Counted from the first letter of the whole stretch, positions 13,347 through 26,227 are shown. The stretch is DNA of 63,539 nt, filler included, from Reticulomyxa filosa (GCA_000512085.1; 14 parts of 14 records of this genome joined end to end with filler, not necessarily neighbours in it); one strand, 5' to 3'. Translations and numbers: made by a program. Notes: a model not told the origin generated them from the letters alone.

Positions 13347-14138
13347 TTATTTGTCACTATCGACACTAGAAGCCCTCGAACGGCCACCACTTCCAATAAG
13401 AAGAAGTGGTTCTTGCTGTTGTGAGCGATTCAAGGCGTTTTCGACATGACCTGAGACGCTTTTGCGTACTCCTTTCAAATGATCTTCAATACGTTCACGC
13501 AACTGGCAATACACGCAATCGAAAAATCCACAATGATATAACTTGGGATCATGAGGAGGACGCACATACTTTTCATGTTCGGACAGAGCCTTTTCGATCG
13601 AGTCCATGAACTCGACATGTAAGTCCTCGACCATTTTGGTAAGTTCTTTGATGAACTCCTCGTGGTCAATCTGTCGTTGCGTCTCCTCAGGACGGACATG
13701 CGTGCGCAAGAGAAGCAAATTGGGACGCGATTGAGTGCGAAGCGCAAGCGTGAGTGGAGTGCTCACCAAATCCTGGCCACTCCGAGAGCGCGTCAGATTG
13801 GACATCTTGGATTCGCTGCTGCGTGCAGAAGCCAGTAAAGGCATGCGACTGCCCTTGGGCGTTTTTTTGGACTCCTTTCTGACATTGATCTCTTTGCGAG
13901 AAGTGCTGATGTTGTCATTGTCGCTGTCTGTGTTTATTTCGTCGCTGTCACTGTCATTGCTGACATATTGGTTGTAGCCATTGTCATTGCTGTTATGCGA
14001 TCTCCTTCTCTTTTTTTCTACTTTTTTTTGTTTGAGTGTTTTTGGATAATCGACTTTGGCCGAAGAAGACTGGACTTTTTGTGTCCCTTTTTTTTTTTCT
14101 TCTTCTTCATTATTGTTATTTTTTCCATTAGTACTCAA
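13347..14138 (-). CDS. Hypothetical protein, probably 5'-truncated at the contig end; charged low-complexity region and HCGFFDCVYC Cys/His motif
   Basis: 263-aa open frame with coding-like composition; the upstream (GAA)n run reaches the gap. No family recognised. Confidence 0.6.
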   Translation of the reverse strand: MSTNGKNNNNEEEEKKKGTQKVQSSSAKVDYPKTLKQKKVEKKRRRSHNSNDNGYNQYVSNDSDSDEINTDSDNDNISTSRKEINVRKESKKTPKGSRMPLLASARSSESKMSNLTRSRSGQDLVSTPLTLALRTQSRPNLLLLRTHVRPEETQRQIDHEEFIKELTKMVEDLHVEFMDSIEKALSEHEKYVRPPHDPKLYHCGFFDCVYCQLRERIEDHLKGVRKSVSGHVENALNRSQQQEPLLLIGSGGRSRASSVDSDK

Positions 14139-14222
14139 TTCATTTTTTTGTTCTTTGTGTTCTTGTTTTTGTTTTTGTTTTTGTCCTTGTTCTTCTTCTT
14201 CTTCTTCTTCTTCTTCTTCTTC

Positions 14223-14322
14223 NNNNNNNNNNNNNNNNNNNNNNNNNNNNNNNNNNNNNNNNNNNNTTAATTAATTAANNNNNNNNNNNNNNNNNNNNNN
14301 NNNNNNNNNNNNNNNNNNNNNN
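14223..14322. other. Artificial contig linker N44-TTAATTAATTAA-N44. Other copies: 15837-15936, 20897-20996, 23741-23840, 26037-26136, 29768-29867, 37406-37505, 38862-38961, 42934-43033, 47641-47740, 51157-51256, 58933-59032, 61798-61897
   Basis: Thirteen identical 100-nt blocks whose core has stops in all six frames. Confidence 0.99.
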
Positions 14323-14503
14323 TTTTTTTTTTTTAACATAAACACGTATTTATACATATATAAGTTAATAAACATATACATATATATGTATATAATAATG
14401 TGTGTATATAAGATGTATATACGTACATTCCATTTTTGATTGCGATAACATTCTCAAAAAAAAAAAAAAAAAGTAAATTTGTATGTATTTTCTCAAAATT
14501 GGA

Positions 14504-15810
14504 TCAGACAATATAAGAAAAAAAAAAAAAAAAAAAACTAACTTTGGCGAAAAGTGGTGTCAAGCCAAGGCATAATGGACTTAAAAATCTTGAGAGCATA
14601 GTACTTGATTTCGAGAGGGACGGAATCCCCAGTGTATTTCTTGACGTAATTTTGCGTTTTGAGAAGTGCCAAAAATCTGCATTGATCGTCGCCGTATTTG
14701 ATACACTTTTGTACAATTCGCAGCAGATTGCACACACACGTGTTCCTGCGAGTATCCGCCATGTCAAACTCTGCAAACGCAGACAAATACGTCAAATATT
14801 CACTGCGTGACACATTCGAATAGGTGGTCGGTCGTAAAATGCTTTTATATTTATTATTTATTATTAATTATTAATTCTTATTGATGTTATTTTTAACACA
14901 CAAAAAAAAAAACAAATACGAGTAGGATGGACACATTGCAGCTTGCCAAGGTTTACTGGCCAACTTCAAACAACACAATATTGCATTGTTATTTCGCAAC
15001 AAGCCGACTAAATATTTGTACTGCAACACATCTTATATATATGTATATATGTACATATATATATATTTTTTTTTGAAATATGTACACAATCAATTATTAA
15101 GTCTAAAAAAAAAAAAAAAAATGCAATTCACCATGTGTTCGAAACAGTTTGAGCAAAGAGATGACAATGCTGGAAATGAGTAAGGCCAGAATATCTTGGT
15201 GCCTTCGGACATCAGTGCCGGCCAAAAATGTTCTGTCCAATGGACGCATGAACGACCAGTTCCCATCGAATGTCAGGCAATCCCTGATCTTTGGGGTCCA
15301 TTTGGTCGCCGTAGACCCCACGTACACAGGCTAGCAGCAATTGCAACAACGATTCCACATACGACGGAAATGGGCTGTCGGCCTTGTCTTTTTGAGTTTT
15401 GGCCGCATCGTTCTTTGTTTGGTGTGACTCAGGTTTATGTAATCCTTTCGTACTTTTTACGGTCACATCAGCGCCTGTTCTCTCCATATGTATGTCCCCC
15501 CCCCCCAAGCCTTTTTTTTTTTTTAGTTCATATAGACATATATGTATATAATATATATGTATATATGCATGTATATGCATATATGTATTGTATAAATTAA
15601 AAACAACTACCGATAAGCCATAAATAGATGTGGAGAGCAGCAGGGTTGAACCGACTTCCGACCAAATGGAGATTGGTTTGCATGATGTCGACGGCTTGAA
15701 TGAGACTGGGCGGGATACCAGCGTTGAGGAACATGTGTATATTTGGTTTGGCTCGCTCCAAGCACAATTCTTCATTCAACCGCTGGAAGGTTGGAACCGA
15801 AAGGGTTTGA
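14504..15810 (-). CDS. STRIP1: STRIP1/Far11 (STRIPAK subunit) C-terminal region, partial, multi-exon; frameshift at ~15224-15228
   Basis: FPSYVESLLQLLLA, TDVRRHQDILALLISSIVISLLKLFRTH and RRNTCVCNLLRIVQKCIK...YYALKIFKSIMPWL parallel STRIP1 motifs LPQYMIALLKILLA, VDVNRHKE...LLKHFKLNH and WRNLFSCINLLRILNKLTK...YVLKLLK (recalled, not aligned by tool). Confidence 0.8.
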
Positions 15811-15976
15811 ATTCCGGGTTTTTAAAAACCCGGAATNNNNNNNNNNNNNNNNNNNNNNNNNNNNNNNNNNNNNNNNNNNNTTAATTAATTAANNNNNNNN
15901 NNNNNNNNNNNNNNNNNNNNNNNNNNNNNNNNNNNNGCATTCACACGTGTTGGTTTGGTATATGATACTATAAAAG

Positions 15977-17211
15977 TTGCTGTGTCCATTTGAAAGAATT
16001 CTTTGCATGGAACGGCCACCCGTGCTTTGTGTTCAAGTTGTATGGCCCTTCCATTTATGCGATCATGTCCAAAAATCGATATCGTCCATTTCCCGATAAC
16101 ATTGTTCGAGACTTGTCGGTTCAGATTTGTACCGCTGTTCAATGTTTCGCTTTTTTTTTTTTTTGTATGTGTTGATCGATCCATGAAACGACAATGTGCA
16201 TATTACACATAACACAGTCTTGCATTATATGGATATCATATTCACTGATTTGAAGCCGGAAAACATTGTCTTTGTAGACGGAGCCACCAAAGCGGTCACA
16301 ATGCCCGGAAACGTTTGGTTTTCATCATATGCGAAATGTGTACATTGCATTCTACATATGCGTACATGTGATGTATGTATGTTTGTGAATAGAAGACGTT
16401 ACATTGGCCGATAGACACGCGTATAAAAATAGTCGATTTTGGAAGTGCCGTCTATGAACCGAAATACGATCCAAACAATAGGGCGACATGGAAATTCCGA
16501 GAAGGCTACAACTATCTCATTCAAACTCGGCATTATCGTGCGCCGGAGGTGGTGTTGGAGATGCATTGGAAAAGGCCGGTGGACATTTGGTCGATTGGCT
16601 GTGTGATATTGGAGTTCTTACATGGTTCCATGGTCTTCAATACCCATTGTCCCATCGACCACTTGAACCAAATGCAAAATATGATCGGAGTTATCCCGGA
16701 AAAACTCATTCAATCTGCTTCTGATCGCAAATTTGAAGAACTGTTCCAGTCAAACGCTTTGGCATTGCGATTAGACGATGCCAAGAGAAGTCGTGTTCAG
16801 GCTCGAAGTCTGGAAGTTTTGTTATACAAACAAACACTCGAATTGTCCCAAATAATATCGTGATAATAATTTGTTGGATAGACTTACTTTGACTTTACAA
16901 AACCGGAGCATGTGGACTTGCATGATTTGGTAAAACGAATGCTTCGGTGGTTTGCATCGGATCGTATTACGGCCGAAGAAATGATGCGACATCGATATTG
17001 GATAACATCAGATCCGGCCACTAAACAAAGACAAGCAGTGCAACACGCACAAGCGCACTTACACTCGCATCATGGACAAACAGCTGTTATTGGATCTTTT
17101 GAACCGGAGAGGATTCAAACAACATTGAGAAATGCTCCCATTTCCTCACACTGGAGCAATCCGAATTTACATAACAGAACTGAATATACCGAATATAAGG
17201 CAGGATTTTGA
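15977..17211 (+). CDS. CLK/LAMMER-like CMGC protein kinase, 5'-truncated, 4 exons visible
   Basis: GHPCFVF, FTDLKPENI, IKIVDFGSA, IQTRHYRAPEVVL, DIWSIGC, and DHLNQMQNMIG at the EHLAMMERILG position. Confidence 0.9.
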
Positions 17212-17721
17212 GAATGACGGAGACAAAAGGGAGGAAACATTTAACACACCGATTTCTTTTGTCCCCTCTTTCCACTCCTCAAAAATTTGTGATATCTGTT
17301 TGACTCACCATTATAAACATGGAGCTTTGGTGATAAAAGAGACAAAATAAATCTTGCAAAGGGGTTTGCTTGAAACAATTGAAAAGGACTTGTTGTATTT
17401 GTCATAATTTTTTTTTACAAAATTGTTTGTTTACGTTCGTTTTTTCTTCAGTGTATTGTTCTCTCGAAGCGTTGTATTCTTTTTATGGATGCCAAAATCT
17501 TTGTTTTTATCTTCTTTAATTACCGGCCACACAAAATGTTTTTTACAACCGAATTTTTAAAAGGCAAATCGGACTTCTAAATTTAAACATATAACTTTTT
17601 GTAGATCGAATTTGAATTTTTTAACCAAGTTTTATGTGGGCACAACTTTTGGTTGGGTGGGCTGTTTGAACTTGAAAAGGGAATTAAATAAAAATTTTTA
17701 ATTTAAATAATAATTAAAGTA

Positions 17722-20061
17722 ATGTGTGTTGGTGATAATACTCGTTTGTTTGTCTCTGCTCTCCCTCCTGTGATTACTGAAGCAGAAGTAAAAGAACATT
17801 TTGAAGCGATTGGACCTGTTTCAGACGTATTTTTTCCTAAAAACAAGTTTAAGTGCTATTCTTGCATATTTTGTAAAATCAAATATGCAACATTTACAAA
17901 CATTGTGAATATAAAAAAAATAGAAAACGTTGCGCGTTTGTAGGCTATCACAACAATAGAGATGCAAAAATTGCTGCACAAAAATTGAATGGATCATATA
18001 TTGGTTCATATCGAATTTTTGTAAAATTTGCAAATGAGGTTATATATGTATATCTGTGTGTTACGTCTTTTCAAATTATTAAGCAATTGAACAATTAAAT
18101 AGAGAAAAAACACCAAAGAAAGCAAAGAAATAAAAGAGACAAAAAGAACAAAAGAAAGCAATGAAAATAAAAGTGAAATGAAAGACGACGAAACAAAAAA
18201 AAAAAAAAAGAACAACCGAAAATTTGAACAATTTATGACATTGGCTAAAGCATCTGTCAATCCAAATGTTTCCACTTTTTTGGTAATTTCTATTAAAAAA
18301 TAAATAAATAAACAATTTTAATAAATTTTTTTCCAAAAAAAATAGGAAGATTTATCAGATGATGGCGATGATGACAATGACAATGATAATGAAAAAAAAA
18401 AAGAGATGAAAAATGAAAATGAAGAAGAAATAAAAAAAAAAGAAGAAAAAACTACAAAAAAGGAAAACTTGTATAATCAAAACCAAATATTTATCCGAAA
18501 TTTACCATTCGTAATATCAGAAGAACAAATTTGGGAATTTTTTAATAAGTTTGGAGATATTTCTGAAATTATGTTACCAAAAGATCAATTTGCTAAAAAT
18601 AAGGGATTTGCAATTATCGAATTTACTTCTTCACAAAGCGTGGATAAAATATTTTCATCAATTAGTGGCGATGACAAACCAGACAAAATGATAGAAATGA
18701 CATTTCATGGTCGATTAATACAAATATTACCTTCCACAAAAAATAATTTCAATGAAATTGAAAAACAGCAATGGGAACAATGGAAATCTTTATGGTTAAA
18801 TAAAGAAAATGCAAACACAACAACATTTCCATCATCAACTTCTTCTAAATTACCACTTATTAATGTTGATGAATTAGATGATGAAACATTAAGTAAATTA
18901 CCTTACAAATTAATTCGTGATTTAAGAAAAAAATATAACAGTGTATATAATGATTTATCATGGAATAGTTTATTTATTCGTCCTGATAATGCTTATACAC
19001 ATACAGCCAAACAATTAAATATTCAAAAATCAGATTTATTTAATGATTCATTGTCATCATCATCTAAATCAAATAAAATGCATCCTGCTGTTATGGCTTC
19101 TCTTGCTGAAACAGCTATTATTCAACAAACCAAAGATTTTTTACAAGAACACGGTGTTTGTATTGATGCCTTTCAAGGAAATCGTAAAACTTGTTTGCGC
19201 AGTCGTAATGTTATTTTGGTAAAAAATATTCCATTTGATATTCAAGTTCAAGATTTGCAACAATTATTTAGTAAATATGGTCAATTAGGAAATGTTTTAT
19301 TACCTGAAACAAAAGCAATGGCTATTGTTCAATTCCTTGATCCCATTGATGCTAAAAAAGCTTTTCAGAATTTAGCTTTTTCTAAATTTAAAAAACTTCC
19401 TTTATTTTTGGAATGGGCACCTATTGATATTTTTGATTCTCCAAATACTTCTTCTTCTATTCAAAATTCAAATTCTAAGGATTCCAATTCCAAGGATTCC
19501 AATTCCAAAGATTCCAATTCCAATTCTAATAATTCTAATTCTAATTCTGAGTTCAAACAAGCTAAAAATCATTTATTGGTATGTTTTATTTTCCTTTTTT
19601 TTTGTAGTCACTTTTCATAATATTTTGTATATTTGTTGCAATAGTTGGATATGGAAGATGAACAACATTCCACTGATACTGAACAACAGCATATTCAAAA
19701 TAAAATTGAAAATCAAAAAATAAAAACAATTAAATCTGATACATCAAATAATCAATTAAATACTAGAAAACGTAAACATCCAAGTGGATCAACTAAACTC
19801 GTTGTTAAAAATATACCTTTTGAAGCGAATCGTAAAGAATTAAGACAATTATTTAGTGCTTATGCAAAAATGAAATCTTTACGATTACCACAAAAAGTTA
19901 CTGGAGGTCATAGAGGTTTTTGTTTTATTGAATTTGAAACTTCCAAAGAAGCAGAAAATGCTATGGATGCATTACGTTCTACTCATTTTTATGGAAGACA
20001 TTTAGTTATTGATTGGGCTAATGAAGATCCTCAAAATACAAAAAAACAACGTCTTGTTTGA
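17722..20061 (+). CDS. RBM19: Multiple-RRM ribosome biogenesis protein Mrd1/RBM19
   Basis: N-terminal RRM (RLFVSALP...AFVGY), SWNSLFI, AVMASLAETAIIQQTKDFLQEHGV, RSRNVILVKNIP...PLFLEWAP, and the last RRM TKLVVKNIPFEA...HRGFCFIEF...HFYGRHLVIDWA. Confidence 0.92.
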
Positions 20062-20996
20062 TTATGAAAAAAAATTTCAACACTCTTTGCAAAAAAACAA
20101 AAAACAAACAATTACAATAAGTTAAAAATCTTTGGGATGTTGATGAGACGATGCGATGATGATTGGGACTTATGTTGCCCTTTTTTTTTTCAAATAAGAT
20201 AAATCAAAAAATAAAACAATAAAACAGTTAGTGCAAATTGCACATTCCACACATTAAAAAAAACAAACCATTTGAGACAATAACACATTTTTGAACACGA
20301 CAACAATCTTTGACCTTTATCCATCGATACTAATACATTCACTTCAACTTTTACACTTGTCCGATGCGATTTTTTGAAGGTCTATCAAACAAAAACATCA
20401 ACTTGGGTTCAAAGTATTTTATAAAATATCATAAAAATGGAGACAATTATATAAAAAAAAATTACCTGATTGTCTTCGATTTTACGCATACCGATTCTCC
20501 ACTTGATACGCGCAATTCAATAATATTGATTTGATCATAATTGTACAAATCACACATATCTTTATGGAGAAAATGATAGGTGCATTTACTTGTGGTTGTG
20601 GCTTCATAAAATTTAATTTTGTTGAAAATTGCCACATCTTCCACGTTCTTGCACCATTATCACTGCTATTGCTGTCACTATTGCCGTTGCTGTTATCATT
20701 GTCGCTGGGAATTCACTGTAGCACCAATAACAACAGAAATAGCAATATCATGACCATTTGCTTCCAATTGCATCACAAACAGGCAAATATCAAATTGTGC
20801 AATTCAATAAAGAATCGCTTTCCATTCTAGTCTGTATACACTTTCAAATATCTATTCAAATATTTTAAGCAACACATACACATACAATATATTTATNNNN
20901 NNNNNNNNNNNNNNNNNNNNNNNNNNNNNNNNNNNNNNNNTTAATTAATTAANNNNNNNNNNNNNNNNNNNNNNNNNNNNNNNNNNNNNNNNNNNN

Positions 20997-21208
20997 AGCT
21001 TCAAAAAATTTTAAAAAATCATTTGAACGAATGATATTTTCCTCCAACCAAAAAAAAGTTATTCAAAAATCAATATCATATTTAAAACTACAAGATTTGT
21101 AGATATTTTTTTAAAAAATTAGCTTTAAATGTTTGTTTTTCATTAAGAAAATCTATCATCTTCATAAAGTGGCATTTTAGGGTTCAGTTTTTTTTGCAAC
21201 CTACTGTA
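20997..21208 (-). mobile_element. End of a Tc1/mariner-like DNA transposon or MITE (TA + CAGTAGGTTGCAAAAAAAACTGAACCC...), truncated by the gap
   Basis: The terminus is TA-CAGT on the minus strand. About 210 bp align by eye with 58722-58932, and the terminal ~27 bp match 23712-23740. Confidence 0.75.
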
Positions 21209-22202
21209 TATACTGATCTTCAAATAAATTTCAAAGCATCATAAAATCTACTTTCACTCCAGGTAAATAAATTTTATATTTTGCAGCAACAGTTAATAAC
21301 ACTGAGTGATTGATAATATTGTGATGTTCATCATTGTTTTTTCTTCTTGATATTTTCTGTCATCGTTGTTGTCTTTGTATCGACCAGTTGTTATTTTTAT
21401 GTTAGTTTTAAAATTAACAAGTAAATAATAACTGAACAGAAAATAGAAATAAAAAAAAAAATCTTTCGCTTTAAATGTAGTTTTTATCATTGGTAATTTC
21501 TTAACTATTATTGTCAACAATTTTAAAATGTAGTGTAAAATCAACTGTCTTATCATTGCCATTTTTAGTGTTGTTAATGATATCAGACACTTTTCTTCTG
21601 GTCTTTTTAATTTAAAAAGGAATTTAGTACTTCATGCATCTTTCATTCAAACAACCAAAAGCCTTATAAGACATTTTTTGTTTGTGTCTACTCCAATTAT
21701 CAACAAGATTTTTCTTTTTCTGGAGTAGAATTTTAGTGACCTTTTTTGGTTTTTGGAGGTGAGCATGTTTGCATTACTTTCTTGAAGATTTTGATTGCTT
21801 TATTTAAGCATATGATGCGAAATAAGAGTTCTTTCATGTAATTACAACTTTGGGATTGTCTTGAATTCATTTCAGTATATATTCTACCCAGAGTGTGTAT
21901 GCTATCGAATAGAAAATGAAGAGATTATAAAAGTGCGCTTGACTATCAACACCGAACAATAATGTTATTGAATATTAATGAATAAATAAAAAATCGCAAA
22001 CAGTAACACAATACTTTTATTTCAAGAATAAGTATTGGTTCAACTTTTTCTGTCCTTATTTATAAGAAATTTCACGTCGAGCCTTTGATAATGTCCTGTT
22101 GAAATTTTTTTTTACATCTTAGTTCGTATTTAGAATAAAGGGGGCAATGAACTTTTGTCCAAACGTTCAGATTAAACGGTTCATGCAAGCACCAGTGTAA
22201 AG

Positions 22203-23267
22203 ATGTATTTATGGTATCATAGTCGCGTAGAGATACATCAATTTACGGCAGAGGATTGGGGACTAATAAGAGAAGTAGAAAAAACAATCTTGCCTTTGGA
22301 CACTAATGAAGCAATTGAAAAATTATCATGCAACGACGATACGAAGGAGTTCTTAGTGCATAATTTTAAGGATGCTTTATATTTTACGGGTTCAAAAGTG
22401 ATGAATTTAGACTTGAAAGATATTTCAAATGACTGCGTTATGAATTGCATTATTCCATTTTTGAAACATGTTCCTAATATTTCCACATTAGATCTCGACT
22501 GTACAAGTATAGACGATTCAGCGTTAATAGCGATTTTAGAGCAAAAGCAAATAGATAGCTTATTTGTCTCTAACAATAATATCACGGACGTGGGATTAAG
22601 AGCGTTAACGAATAACAACATCATTAAAAGATTAGATATTTCTTATACCAACTTTTCTATTCAAGGATTAAATGGACTTAAACACAATGATTATTTAGAA
22701 GAATTATCTTGTGATCAATATTATTTCAAGGAAAAAAGTATAGACTTTGCAAATGACATGCAGAAATTTAGAAATGAAATGTATGCCAATCAAAAATTTT
22801 CTTTTTTAATGGGAACTCATGAACGAGTAGGCAGAAATTCACCTATCTTGCATTCGTTTTATCAAAGTAAGCTGTTCGATAGATATTTAGTGAAAGAAAT
22901 ATTTAGCTATGTAAAGCCCAAAGAGATAAAAGGATTCAAAAGTGCTTATCATTATAACCCCCTGAATCGAGAATATCGTGAAAAAAGAAGAAATGATCTA
23001 ATGAGAAATAATCAATTTGTTGATAATTCATCCTTAAACAATCCCAATGTGGATGCGATAGTGCAATTTCTGCAAGAGCAAAATCCTCAATTGGATATGC
23101 CTCTCGAAATAGGGAATGTAGTGTATGAAAGTAGGGGAAATCATGGGCTTGATACTTTAAATCGAGATGCGCAACTACACAGATCTGTTGATGAGACTTT
23201 AGCCGAAAGAGAGGGAAATCAAACCCAAAATCAAGCGCGGTCATCGACTTCGATGACTCTGCGCTGA
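22203..23267 (+). CDS. Intronless leucine-rich repeat protein, bacterial-effector-like
   Basis: 354-aa ORF with RI-like LRRs (ISTLDLDCTSIDDSAL, LFVSNNNITDVGL, IKRLDISYTNFS), then FLMGTHERVGRNSP...LFDRYLVKEIFSY and an S/T-rich tail. Confidence 0.85.
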   Translation: MYLWYHSRVEIHQFTAEDWGLIREVEKTILPLDTNEAIEKLSCNDDTKEFLVHNFKDALYFTGSKVMNLDLKDISNDCVMNCIIPFLKHVPNISTLDLDCTSIDDSALIAILEQKQIDSLFVSNNNITDVGLRALTNNNIIKRLDISYTNFSIQGLNGLKHNDYLEELSCDQYYFKEKSIDFANDMQKFRNEMYANQKFSFLMGTHERVGRNSPILHSFYQSKLFDRYLVKEIFSYVKPKEIKGFKSAYHYNPLNREYREKRRNDLMRNNQFVDNSSLNNPNVDAIVQFLQEQNPQLDMPLEIGNVVYESRGNHGLDTLNRDAQLHRSVDETLAEREGNQTQNQARSSTSMTLR

Positions 23268-23711
23268 TGAGCGAGAGTATTACACATTCAAAAGCATATT
23301 TAAAAATTAGAACTAACATTTTTTTAAATAATTTTTATGATTTGTCAATTTAAATATGCTGATAACAATGTTTGGAATTTTTGCATTGACTAATTTTTTT
23401 TGCTTTGTTTGTGCGCAAAGTGTAGATGTTGTGATTTCGTGTCATATTTGCAAGCATTACTTTTGCAAAGAACAGTATCTTTCTTTTTTTTAAAAAAAGA
23501 ATAGTATAACTGTATTAAATAGACAGGAAAAAGATAATAATTTTGGTATAAAAACAGCTAAACTATTGATAAAAAATAAATACTTTACATTAACATTGCC
23601 CGCACAAATATAAAAACAAACTTCAGAGAAAAAAAATCAGTCTTGATTATAGCAAGCAAAATAATTACTTAATTTCTATTTAAAACTTCTAAAATTCAAC
23701 ATACGTTATTT

Positions 23712-23740
23712 TACAGTAGGTTGCAAAGAAAACTGAACGC
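23712..23740 (+). mobile_element. Terminal inverted repeat of the same Tc1/mariner-like family (TA-CAGTAGGTTGCAAAGAAAACTGAACGC), running into the gap
   Basis: Near-identical to the terminus ending at 21208, in the opposite orientation. Confidence 0.75.
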
Positions 23741-26227
23741 NNNNNNNNNNNNNNNNNNNNNNNNNNNNNNNNNNNNNNNNNNNNTTAATTAATTAANNNN
23801 NNNNNNNNNNNNNNNNNNNNNNNNNNNNNNNNNNNNNNNNTGGTGTTGTTGCTTTTGTCACAAAGAAAGTTTTTTTACTAGTTGCATTCAATCCATCAAC
23901 GAATTGCCATTAAATGTACAGCCCAAGTTCTCATTAAATGATCAATCATTTGCAAATTACTTGAGATTTATTTGACATCTTTTTGGATTGGATTTTTGTC
24001 ACTAACAATCAAGAAAAAATACATTTGGTAGATTTTGAAAAAATGACAATAGTCCATCTTCAGTAGTCGCTTCAATGAAATGATGATACTGTATATTCAA
24101 AGATATATATTTACTCGCAGCACTCGAAACAAAAATACTGCTTCTGACAAGTTTCTTCATTCATTGCAAAACAAATAGAAAAACTTTGTATCTTTATCTG
24201 CTTTCAAAGTTGTGTATGATTTTTGATGGATTATAATAGGGCTGCATAAGTATGACTTTGCTTGCAGTTGCAAATTAAGTGAACACGCTATGAATATCAG
24301 ATTTTCGTGGCAAGCAAAAATATGCCTTTACTTTGGTCTCGTGTTATCCTTTTTTTTTGGAAATGCATTTACTATGAGAGAAAATATCATCATTGGAATC
24401 GATAACTCAATGATTTGTTTATGAAGTACAGCAGAACGATATAGGATAAGGGTGCTTAAAAGATAGAGGTTCTGTCGCAGTCAAAAGTAAAAAGTGTTTC
24501 TTTGTAACATCTTTTTGTTGTGTTGTTGTGTTTTCACAGAAAAATATGATGAATTTTGTGTCAGTTTTACACTTGTTTCAAAAACTTTTGTTTTTTCTCC
24601 ATCATTTCCCCATAACGCATCGCAGAGAAAGAAAACCTTCACACAGTTATTCATTTCTTTGCATTGACAAGGAAATCATTTCAATTATTCGCAAACAAAT
24701 ATTTACGAGACGCAACGTCTTTTTTGATGTGTTTGAATTGCCGTTGTTGCAAACGCAATTAACTAAACAAAAGTATTACACCCAGGCTGAAAGTAATGAT
24801 AGAACGGAAGATTTGCCTTCAAACAGCAGATATCATAATCAGGGAGGTAAGACGTTATTCTTAATCTACTTTTTGAGTTGTTTTTTGGAAACTTAATTTT
24901 CCTTTTTTTGTATTGGTGTTGAGAACAGTTTTTTTTAAAAGTTTAGGAAAAATATAGTTTTTGTTCACTTAGTCTTATAACGCTTTGAAGAACACAAGCC
25001 CTGGAGTGTTTATTAGATCAAAGCAAGACAGAAGATGATTGGAAATGAGATCTTTTTGTAACACGTTCTTTAAATTTTTTAATATAATTTCGATTTGATA
25101 AAATAAACAAAAAACGACCAAATATTATTTACAAGAAAAGTATTATTTTATTGATTTGAAAAAAACTGGGTCATTTTAAGAAAACGACCTACATTTAAAA
25201 AGTCAACTGAAAGCATAAAACGCAATGATATTTCATATACATTGATAATGTTTATTTTTCATTTTTATAAAAAAATTTGATTTGGACCATTTATTTCAAT
25301 TCAATAAAAAAAATTGTTTTTTGGTTCACGACGCACTTTTTAGAACAGTTATAAATCAAAAAGAAAAACAATGACAGTCGGCATTTACTCCGATTTAGAC
25401 AACATAAATTGTATCTTATTTCATGTTCCTTTACGTTTTTGACACATTTAAAAGAGCAGCTTTTTAGGAATGAAAATTTCTTTTGTCTTTTGCTTGATTG
25501 TAGTGAGCGGCTTGTGAAAACATCACAATAACTATGTGATTCAAGTATTTTGTTGCTTTTGGCCTTTTCGCTTGATTTTTTGCTTTTTTTCTCTGATGTT
25601 TCAGTCTATTCACTTCATATTCTCTTTTTTGTAGAACCAAAAATTGAGATATAAAAAACCCATGCATCATCTCTCTAGATCTTAAAAACTACTCAACTTC
25701 TCGAATTTTTAGCTAAGCGAAGATTCATCTCTTCGAATACAGAACAAAATTACAATATCTTGTACTTTTATGTTAACAAACTCTTGCGTTGTGACACTTG
25801 TTACTATGCTGTATAGAGCACAGGAAAACTATATATGTTCTCCGAGTTCATTCAAGTATGACAAAATTCGACTATAATTCAACAATGACAAATAGGAGAA
25901 ATCTTCATGACAATTCACAAGATATAATGTTTAATGTATATTTGAAATGCAACATATGAAATATTTTTAAAAAGAAACAGCAAAGCAATATGATCAATTA
26001 ATAACACTTATTATTATATTCAACTATATTGAAATTNNNNNNNNNNNNNNNNNNNNNNNNNNNNNNNNNNNNNNNNNNNNTTAATTAATTAANNNNNNNN
26101 NNNNNNNNNNNNNNNNNNNNNNNNNNNNNNNNNNNNATATTCTGTCTGTTTATGTATTTATGAGATTTAATCTAAAAAAATAAAACTTTTAACAAGATAA
26201 AACGAATCAACTGTAAATTATTTCCAG

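Noticed and set aside
14223-14322. Regularly recurring TTAATTAATTAA within N runs, superficially like a repeat array or PacI sites
   Set aside because: Artificial six-frame-stop linkers. Gene adjacency across them has no biological meaning, so no cross-contig clusters were inferred.
15811-15836. Perfect 26-bp palindrome ATTCCGGGTTTTTAAAAACCCGGAAT
   Set aside because: It sits exactly at a contig end and interrupts an exon, so it is most likely a fold-back read or assembly artefact.
19460-19550. 15-bp repeats encoding NSKDS in RBM19, plus (GCATTC)n at ~5215 and (TTC)n at ~14190
   Set aside because: Ordinary coding micro/minisatellites in low-complexity linkers; no spacers, so not CRISPR.
23841-26036. 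Contig with only short ORFs
   Set aside because: No recognisable coding, RNA or repeat signal; probably intergenic or decayed sequence.
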